Part shown: positions 57,324 to 64,000 of the stretch, piece after piece
Layout: every line of letters begins with the position of its first letter
How positions within the stretch are numbered: the stretch's first letter is position 1
Assembly (NCBI GenBank): GCA_039795775.1
Contig: JBDKLC010000003.1
Coordinates: forward strand, 797-64,796
Length of the DNA stretch: 64,000 nucleotides
From: Candidatus Parcubacteria bacterium
GTDB lineage: Bacteria > Patescibacteriota > Minisyncoccia > Phycocordibacterales > CAIZLB01
Direction of reading: 5' to 3'
The notes under the pieces: model-generated
What the model saw: the letters and a program-made list of their open reading frames with translations, nothing else
Database searches by the model: none
Told to the model about the DNA's origin: nothing
Position numbers and translations under genes: made by a program

Positions 57324-58085
57324 ATGACACTACTTCACGCACTTATTCTCGGTATTGTTGAGGGTATAACAGAATTCCTACCCATCTCATCAACAGGGCA
57401 TCTCATTCTCGTTTCCAAGCTTCTTGGTATCGAGGAAACTTCATTTACTACTAGTTTCAACGTTATTATTCAGCTAGGTGCGATACTCGCAGTCCTTGTT
57501 TTGTATTGGCGAGTTGTTTTTTCAAACAAAGAGTTATTTAAAAAAGCAGTCATTGGCTTTGTTCCAACAATGGTTCTTGGTTTAGTTTTTTATAAAGTTG
57601 TTAAAACATTCCTCGGAAGTCCAAGTGTTGTGGCATGGTCACTTATCATTGGAGGTATTCTTCTTATTGTATTTGAAAAGAGACAGAAACCCGGCCAAGT
57701 TGTGTCAGACAACCTCACATACAAACAGTCGGCTCTCGTCGGTGTGTTTCAATCAATCGCATTTATTCCAGGAGTTTCTCGATCGGCTGCGACTATTGTT
57801 GGGGGACAGCTTATGGGTATTAGCCGAAAAGCTATTGTGGAATTTTCATTCATCCTTGCGGTGCCAACTATGCTTGCCGCTTCAACCCTCGACATTCTCA
57901 AACACGCAGATACATTTACAACTCAAAACATTGAACTCCTCGTTGTAGGATTTATAACTGCTTTTGTTGTGGCATTCTTAGCTATCAAGAGCTTCTTGTC
58001 ATATATTCAAAAGCATTCATTCGTAGCTTTTGGTGTGTACCGAATTATTGTTGGAATTATTTTCCTGTTGTTTGTCCTTCGATAG
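57324..58085 (+). CDS. uppP: Undecaprenyl-diphosphate phosphatase
   Basis: GIVEGITEFLPISSTGH, QLGAILAV, PGVSRS, EFSF. Confidence 0.96.
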   Translation: MTLLHALILGIVEGITEFLPISSTGHLILVSKLLGIEETSFTTSFNVIIQLGAILAVLVLYWRVVFSNKELFKKAVIGFVPTMVLGLVFYKVVKTFLGSPSVVAWSLIIGGILLIVFEKRQKPGQVVSDNLTYKQSALVGVFQSIAFIPGVSRSAATIVGGQLMGISRKAIVEFSFILAVPTMLAASTLDILKHADTFTTQNIELLVVGFITAFVVAFLAIKSFLSYIQKHSFVAFGVYRIIVGIIFLLFVLR

Positions 58086-58575
58086 GTTTACCGACAGAGA
58101 GGAGATACATGTCTCGATAAAATTCATCTGGATCAAGACCCATCTTTTGCATTCGCTTTTTTCGAATAAGATATTCAACGATAGAGAAGGGACGTACAAA
58201 GTGAAGTCGTTGCCACGCCATTGAGACAACATCAAAAATCATGTGATAAGCCATACCTCCGAGAATAGTAAGGAAAAAGTCGTAGTGGACGTATACCGCC
58301 AAAAGGTAAATAACTACATAAAGCTCTACTGTGTGGAGAATACTAAATCCGAGCTTTCGCTTATCAAATCGATTGTCTATTACTTTGTCGTAATATCGAA
58401 ACATTTGTTTTGGACTCCAATCTGCAAACTTTGTCTTCCATAGATAATCGAGGTAGTGATCTGCGTCGATAAGAACTGAAGCGGTAAAGAATACAGAACT
58501 CTTCCAAGGACCGAGAAGTGGATAAAAGAGAGCTGTACCAACAACTCCCGCAACAATGTGGCTTTTGAGCATCAT
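58057..58575 (-). CDS. Membrane-bound metal-dependent hydrolase-like protein
   Basis: H near N-terminus, IDADH, LHTVE, HMIFD motifs. Confidence 0.65.
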   Translation of the reverse strand: MMLKSHIVAGVVGTALFYPLLGPWKSSVFFTASVLIDADHYLDYLWKTKFADWSPKQMFRYYDKVIDNRFDKRKLGFSILHTVELYVVIYLLAVYVHYDFFLTILGGMAYHMIFDVVSMAWQRLHFVRPFSIVEYLIRKKRMQKMGLDPDEFYRDMYLLSVGKPIEGQTTGK

Positions 58576-58623
58576 AGGCCACCATTCTAGCAAATATTCA
58601 TAGGCTTTGTTAGACTCATTCTA

Positions 58624-59523
58624 ATGTCTATTTCTACCGACCAATCAAATGCACATCACGCAACCATTCTCGATGGCAAAGTCGTGCGGGATCATATTGC
58701 TCAGACGTTGATAGAAAAAGTGAAGACACTTTCGTTTGTTCCTGCGCTTGCCATTGTTCAAGTTGGCGATATCCCAGAATCAGATGCATTTATTCGACAA
58801 AAGAATCTATTTGCGGCGAAGATAGGAGTTACATCTCTTCACAAAAAATTTCCAAACTCAATTTCAGAACAAGAACTGATTAAGGAAATTGAAATTTTAA
58901 ATAAAGATACACAGATACAAGGAATCATCGTTCAGCTGCCACTTCCTGCTCACATAGATAAGAACATGATTATTGAATCAATTCTTCCTGAAAAAGACGC
59001 CGACGGACTTCATTCAGTAAATGTACAGAAACTCATCGCAAACGATCCTACAGGTATTGTTCCTGCAACGGCTCGTGGCATTCGAACACTCTGTCACTAT
59101 TACCATATTGATTTGAAAGGGAAGCATATTGCGGTGATTGGTACATCAGCTCTTGTTGGTCAGCCAGTAGCTCACGTATGTACAAATGAAGGTGGCATTG
59201 TTACAAGTTGCAATCGAGATACAAAACATATTCCTGAAGTTACAAAAAAATCTGACATTATTATTGTTGCTGCGGGTTCACCAAAACTTATCACCGCACA
59301 ATATGTGGAAAAAGGTCAGACTGTCATTGATGTTGGAATTACATCAGTGCACGCGCACAACGAAAAAAGTGAAATGATAAAAAAGCTTGTAGGTGATGTA
59401 GATTTTGATGAAGTTTCAAAAATTGTGAGCGCAATTACACCAGTTCCTGGAGGTGTTGGTCCTCTCACTGTTGCATCATTGTTTGAAAATGTTGTGGATG
59501 CGGCAATTAAAATGATAAAATAG
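58624..59523 (+). CDS. folD: Methylene-THF dehydrogenase/cyclohydrolase
   Basis: GIIVQLPLP, EKDADG, VIDVGI, GDVD, TPVPGGVGPLT. Confidence 0.95.
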   Translation: MSISTDQSNAHHATILDGKVVRDHIAQTLIEKVKTLSFVPALAIVQVGDIPESDAFIRQKNLFAAKIGVTSLHKKFPNSISEQELIKEIEILNKDTQIQGIIVQLPLPAHIDKNMIIESILPEKDADGLHSVNVQKLIANDPTGIVPATARGIRTLCHYYHIDLKGKHIAVIGTSALVGQPVAHVCTNEGGIVTSCNRDTKHIPEVTKKSDIIIVAAGSPKLITAQYVEKGQTVIDVGITSVHAHNEKSEMIKKLVGDVDFDEVSKIVSAITPVPGGVGPLTVASLFENVVDAAIKMIK

Positions 59524-59549
59524 AGTTCTTACCAACTTAGTTATTTATA

Positions 59550-60383
59550 ATGGATAAAAATAAACACGAGATCCACGATCTCAACATGTATCTTAAAGTC
59601 GCTGGCGTTGCTGCGTTAGGTGTTCTTACACTTTTCCTCGTTGCAAAAACAGTGAACGAAGCAAAGACATACATTACTATCGGTGAAAACCCGTCAGAAA
59701 TTTCAAAGACTATCAACGTGAACGGTCATGCTGAAATTACTGCGCTTCCTGACGTTGCAACATTTAGTTGGACAACAACAGAAGAAGGGAAGACAGTTCA
59801 GGATGCTCAAGACAAGTCAGCCGAAAAGAGTAATAAAGCAATTGCTTACCTCGAAAGTCAGGGTGTACCACGAGCAGATATTTCAACAGGAGGATTCAGT
59901 ACTTCAGAAAAGTACAGTTCAAGTATTTGTAACTATGAATCCGCTCGACCGACACCATGTCCTGTGACAAGTGAAGTCGTTGGATATACAACATATCAGA
60001 CTGTTTCAGTAAAAGTGCGAAATGCTCAGCAGAATTCAAAGAAAGTTTCTCAGTACATTGCTGAAATCGGCAAAATGGGTGTAAAGACAACAGATGTAAG
60101 TTATACATTTGATAACCCAACAAACCTTAAAGTAAGTGCTCAGGAAGCTGCTATCTACAATGCGCACCAGAATGCTGAACGACTTGCAAAGAGTCTCGGC
60201 GTAAAACTCGGTGAAGTTATTGGATACTACGACAATAACAGTTCAGCGTACGAAGGATACGGAGGAATGGCTATGAGTGCTAAATCATCAATGATGGATG
60301 CACGAGCACCTATTGCACCAGATCTACCTTCAGGTGATCGAACAATCTCTTCAGATGTAGTTGTTACGTACTCTATTCGATAG
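59550..60383 (+). CDS. SIMPL/DUF541 family exported protein
   Basis: TINVNG.AE....PDVA, AI.NA...AE.LA..LGVKLG, V.VTYSI. Confidence 0.88.
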   Translation: MDKNKHEIHDLNMYLKVAGVAALGVLTLFLVAKTVNEAKTYITIGENPSEISKTINVNGHAEITALPDVATFSWTTTEEGKTVQDAQDKSAEKSNKAIAYLESQGVPRADISTGGFSTSEKYSSSICNYESARPTPCPVTSEVVGYTTYQTVSVKVRNAQQNSKKVSQYIAEIGKMGVKTTDVSYTFDNPTNLKVSAQEAAIYNAHQNAERLAKSLGVKLGEVIGYYDNNSSAYEGYGGMAMSAKSSMMDARAPIAPDLPSGDRTISSDVVVTYSIR

Positions 60384-60564
60384 AGAGATCGACAAATACA
60401 ATCCATTATAGATCGAGAAAAAGCCCTCGTTTGTCGGGGGCTTTTTCTTTTATGTTTTATTTAAGAGTGTTTGAATGTTGAGATTGACAAAAGCCCATAT
60501 CGGGAGTATTATTATGTACATAGATATCAACCACACCCGGGAGGGTGTTTTTAAATACAAAATT

Positions 60565-60744
60565 ATGTCATTAACTGATTACATCAAAGAAACACGAGCC
60601 GAAATGAAGCACGTGAGTTGGCCAACAAAGCGACAGACAATCGTATTCACAATCGTTGTGATCGCAATTTCAGTATTTGTTGCAATATATCTTGGTCTCT
60701 TTGACTACCTCTTCACTACACTTCTCAAAGATTTCATTATCTAG
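60565..60744 (+). CDS. secE: Preprotein translocase SecE
   Basis: EMKHVSWPT plus TM; upstream of nusG; TTGACA..TATTAT promoter at ~60484. Confidence 0.93.
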   Translation: MSLTDYIKETRAEMKHVSWPTKRQTIVFTIVVIAISVFVAIYLGLFDYLFTTLLKDFII

Positions 60745-60778
60745 TTATTTAGCACCTTTGTTTAATTAAACACATATT

Positions 60779-61321
60779 ATGTCAAAACAAGCTCAAGGCG
60801 AACGAAATTGGTACGCAATCCACACATACGCTGGATATGAAAACGCAGTAATGCGAAACCTCAAGCAGCGAATCGAGTCTCTCGGTATGGAAGACCGAAT
60901 TTTCAACGTGGTTGTTCCAACGGAAAAAAGCATCAAGATCAAAGCAGGGAAGCGAGTAGAAGAAGAAGAAAAGATTTACCCAGGATATGTACTCGTAGAT
61001 ATGATCGTAACTGACGATTCATGGTACGTAGTTCGAAACACTCCTCGAGTAACAGGATTCGTAGGTTCAGGTGTATTCCCAGTACCTGTAAATAAGGCAG
61101 AAGTAGAAGGTCTCTTCAAACGAATGAATACAGAGACTGTAAAACACACTATCGACCTCACATCTGGCGACCTCATTACTATTACAGACGGTCCATTCAA
61201 GGATCTCGAAGGTAAGGTTTCAGAAGTAGACAATGACCGAGGAAAGGTTCGAGTACTCGTATCTATGTTCGGCCGAGAAACTCCAGTAGAGCTCGATTTC
61301 TTGCAAGTTAAGCGAATGTAA
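60779..61321 (+). CDS. nusG: Transcription factor NusG
   Basis: WYAIHTYAGYE, YPGYVLV, KOW GPF, FGRETPVEL. Confidence 0.98.
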   Translation: MSKQAQGERNWYAIHTYAGYENAVMRNLKQRIESLGMEDRIFNVVVPTEKSIKIKAGKRVEEEEKIYPGYVLVDMIVTDDSWYVVRNTPRVTGFVGSGVFPVPVNKAEVEGLFKRMNTETVKHTIDLTSGDLITITDGPFKDLEGKVSEVDNDRGKVRVLVSMFGRETPVELDFLQVKRM

Positions 61322-61416
61322 GGTAATTTATAAGAACTTCAGCCACACAACCGCCACGCTTCTAGGCGGCCTCAGGATTGAAGAAGCAAAGAATATATTC
61401 AAAAATTTATACAAAT

Positions 61417-61839
61417 ATGGCTAAAAAGATAATCAAACAGCTTAAATTGCAGATTCCTGCAGCTAAAGCAAACCCAGCACCTCCAGTAGGTCCAGCTCTC
61501 GGTCAGGCGGGCGTAAACATCGGAGAATTCGTAAAGCGATTCAACGATGCTACAGCCAAAATGGCCGGTAGTATTGTCCCAGTAGTGATCTCAGTATTCG
61601 ACGATCGAACATTCGATTTCGTAATGAAGACACCTCCTGCGGCATCTCTCATTCTCAAAGCCGCTGGCCTCGAGAAGGGATCAGGAACTCCAAACTCTAA
61701 GAAAGTAGGTTCAATCACAAAGGCACAACTCAAAGCAATCGCTGAACAGAAAATGCCAGACCTCAATGCAAAAGACATTGAAGGCGCAATGAAAATGATT
61801 GAAGGTAGTGCAAAAGCACTTGGTATCGAAGTTAAATAA
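61417..61839 (+). CDS. rplK: 50S ribosomal protein L11
   Basis: [26 protein letters not shown]. Confidence 0.98.
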   Translation: MAKKIIKQLKLQIPAAKANPAPPVGPALGQAGVNIGEFVKRFNDATAKMAGSIVPVVISVFDDRTFDFVMKTPPAASLILKAAGLEKGSGTPNSKKVGSITKAQLKAIAEQKMPDLNAKDIEGAMKMIEGSAKALGIEVK

Positions 61840-61947
61840 ATAGACTCGAAACAAAAACACCCCGTACGTGGGGTGTTTTTGTTTGTCTGCGTTTTAGACA
61901 AATGTGGTTGACCTCATGGTTAAACTCGCGTACAGTTTTATCCTAGG

Positions 61948-62433
61948 ATGAACATATCCGCTGAGAAAAACGTGCTCCTGTTTGCTGGATTAGGCAGGGC
62001 CCCGGAGCAATACAGTCAATCCATTCAAGGAGATCGTGGAATCGTCGATCTCCTTCGTCGGTCCGAGATCGGAGTGATGAACTTCGAATCGGAACTTAAA
62101 CCACCACAGCACACAAGTTCAGTTAGCATGCCAGAGACGCTTCTCGTGTTCAATGAAATGCAACTGACACCTGAAAAACAGCCAGACTTTTGGCTGCGAG
62201 CAAATCTTCTCGTATTCATCATCGACTTCGAGTCGATGGAGATGGGAGCAAGACTCGCAGAAGCGCAAGAGTATGGCTACCGCATATTATTCCTTCGCCA
62301 CTCGGTGAACGCTGCACGGCCCTTGCCGTCTATGCTTACACCGAAGGAATGCGAAGCAGTCCGCACATATTCGACTGTCCAAGATGTGGTTCGCCACGTG
62401 AACGACACCATCGAGTCTCATGCGAAAAAGTAA
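61948..62433 (+). CDS. GC-rich orphan, distant nucleoside 2-deoxyribosyltransferase/RCL-like fold
   Basis: WLRANLLVF....SMEMGARLAEA..YG..ILFL pattern; TTGACC-17-TACAGT promoter; terminator 62511-62556. Confidence 0.5.
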   Translation: MNISAEKNVLLFAGLGRAPEQYSQSIQGDRGIVDLLRRSEIGVMNFESELKPPQHTSSVSMPETLLVFNEMQLTPEKQPDFWLRANLLVFIIDFESMEMGARLAEAQEYGYRILFLRHSVNAARPLPSMLTPKECEAVRTYSTVQDVVRHVNDTIESHAKK

Positions 62434-62581
62434 TTGCAGGTGCAATACAACTATGTGTAAACGTGGTGACACCACAACCGTCGGTCGTTTCAATAACGAC
62501 TGGCACAACCAAAAGGGCCCCGCGCGCAGGACGCGCACGGGGCCTTTTATCTTTTTACAATTCGTTAAGAATAGGTTGAAC

Positions 62582-63265
62582 CTATTTTTGTTTTTTCTTA
62601 ATGTCTCGATCGAGGTAGAGCTTTGGAAGCATGTCAGACGGTTTCCATCTTTTCTGAAGAACCTTGATGTCGTTTGATGTGTTGTATTTTCCTGATGCAC
62701 TGTAGTCACTTCCGAGGATAGGGCCTGTTTCAAAGAAGATAATCTGAGCAATTCGACGACCTACAACGAGGGGAATGATGTAGTTCTTTGAGTTGTTTGT
62801 GATTTCCATTGTCCATCGGTTGATGTACCCAACGTCACCCCAGCCGGCACATTTACATACTTCGATAAAACTTCGTCCGAGAGATGAGCGAGCTTTCATC
62901 ATAGTTGTGATGTGATCTCGTCCACCAATGAATTCGTTTGTGTGAGCAAGGATAGTTTCACCTGGTCGAAGGAGTATCACTTTGTCTGATGGACTGATTC
63001 CGTCCCAAGAGAAATTATATTTTTCGAATGCCTCTTTTGCTGTGATAGCTTTTTCTACATTGTCTGCACCCCATACGTGTTCCATATGTGACTGACTCCA
63101 AATGTTGTAGATACTATGGTTGTATTTTGGCTGTTGTTCTCGAAAGAAAAATTCGCCCAATGTTACGTCGTAACTTGATGTTGCGAGGTTCTCTCGTTTG
63201 AAGGGAGTGATGATAATGTCTCCAGCTTTTACTGCCTCTAGAATTCGTGTGTCTGATAGTGCCAT
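62582..63265 (-). CDS. dcd: dCTP deaminase
   Basis: LSD..I, SYDVTLG, ARSSLGR, GDVGY...TMEI.N, RIAQIIF. Confidence 0.92.
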   Translation of the reverse strand: MALSDTRILEAVKAGDIIITPFKRENLATSSYDVTLGEFFFREQQPKYNHSIYNIWSQSHMEHVWGADNVEKAITAKEAFEKYNFSWDGISPSDKVILLRPGETILAHTNEFIGGRDHITTMMKARSSLGRSFIEVCKCAGWGDVGYINRWTMEITNNSKNYIIPLVVGRRIAQIIFFETGPILGSDYSASGKYNTSNDIKVLQKRWKPSDMLPKLYLDRDIKKKQK

Positions 63266-63311
63266 ATATGTATAAATTATTTTTTAATTGTAGTTTGATA
63301 TATGACTTTGT

Positions 63312-63839
63312 CTACTGTACGGAAGAGAGATTGTATTCTGCAAAAAGGGTACCGGTCTCTGTTTTTTCGAGCGAAACCAATTCGAGGGCTTGGTGTAGGG
63401 GTTTATTGAAGAGAGTAATTCCTGAACCAAAAAGGATTGGCTCATAGGTAATATACAGTTTTGTAACTAGACCAGATTCTATAAATTTTGTATAGATTTC
63501 TGAGCCACCACAGATGGCTACCGAAGTGTACCCTCGCTGCTCGAGAGACTGTATAAGTTCTGCCGGTTCTACATTTGTAAATTCAAGGTTGTCAAAAGTT
63601 TCAGTCTGAGATGCGTGAGCTTTTTCTGGGTCTCTTGTATACACAATATTGAGACGCTCTTTGAGTGGTTTTGGCATGGTTGCAAATGTTTTTGAACCCA
63701 TAACAATCACTCGAGCTTCTTTACTCAGTCGAACAAAACGCTGCTTATCTTCTTTGCTTGTCCAACTTACTGAAATTTGGTTTGAATCTTTTGCTATGAA
63801 ACCATCTGAGGTGAGGGAAGCGATAATGAATACATTCAT
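63312..63839 (-). CDS. folA: Dihydrofolate reductase family protein
   Basis: DGFIA, ED..RF, VMGSKTF, PLKERLNIV, GGSEIY; next to thyA; could be a RibD-C-like homologue. Confidence 0.8.
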   Translation of the reverse strand: MNVFIIASLTSDGFIAKDSNQISVSWTSKEDKQRFVRLSKEARVIVMGSKTFATMPKPLKERLNIVYTRDPEKAHASQTETFDNLEFTNVEPAELIQSLEQRGYTSVAICGGSEIYTKFIESGLVTKLYITYEPILFGSGITLFNKPLHQALELVSLEKTETGTLFAEYNLSSVQ

Positions 63840-63857
63840 AATAGTGTGAGTTACAGG

Positions 63858-64000
63858 TTAAACCGCCATTTTTGCTTTGATCGCTTCTTCTGGATTGTAG
63901 TCAACAAGTTTTACAAGTTCTTCAAGTCCTTTTTGATCAGGGATCTTTTTTGTATCGAGGTCTTCGAGTGATTTGATATTTGGATTGAGCCAAAGTTTAG
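63858..64000 (-). CDS. thyA: Thymidylate synthase C-terminus (partial)
   Basis: Manual translation ..KLWLNPNIKSLEDL....LVDYNPEEAIKAKMAV*. Confidence 0.85.
   Translation of the reverse strand, partial: KLWLNPNIKSLEDLDTKKIPDQKGLEELVKLVDYNPEEAIKAKMAV

Noticed and set aside
61322-61416. L1-binding leader upstream of rplK
   Set aside because: A small hairpin (GCCGCC-like/GGCGGC) is present, but I could not match the L1 leader consensus
1-64000. Alternative genetic code (TGA=Gly, code 25) as in Gracilibacteria/Absconditabacteria
   Set aside because: Long conserved genes (dnaA, polA, hsdR, PBP) are full length under code 11, with no in-frame TGA interruptions
1-64000. CRISPR array, cas genes, retron/DGR reverse transcriptase, IS transposase
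   Set aside because: No regularly spaced direct repeats and no RT, Cas or DDE/HUH motifs recognised in the ORF track

Overview
AT-rich bacterial chromosome segment that looks like a Patescibacteria/CPR (Parcubacteria, OD1-like) genome using genetic code 11. It spans the replication origin (yidC-rnpA-rpmH <- oriC -> dnaA -> oriC/DUE -> dnaN) and housekeeping genes (PBP, tyrS, ruvC/B/A, polA, holA, mutM, tsaE, rpsT, rplS, secE-nusG-rplK with no rplA following, folD, dcd-folA-thyA). It also has type IV pilus genes (pilB-like ATPase, pilM-N-O) and 7 tRNAs, including tRNA-Arg(GCG). A ~15.6 kb element is integrated downstream of tRNA-Ser(TGA) at ~27.3-42.9 kb. It carries a large serine recombinase, a ParB-DNA methylase with a terminase-small-like HTH, a type I R-M operon with an embedded Shedu (DUF4263) nuclease and an extra half-size HsdS, an M48 peptidase and a DUF4238 protein. 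The least explained signals are non-coding: (i) a structured element repeated downstream of tRNA 3' ends and flanked by tRNA-derived inverted repeats; (ii) a c4/CI-like antisense RNA architecture inside the island; (iii) a 6S-like RNA; (iv) a three-way-junction leader RNA; (v) stand-alone GC-rich orphan genes with their own promoters and similar terminators; (vi) many apparently leaderless genes. All calls were made by eye, with no database searches or folding software.
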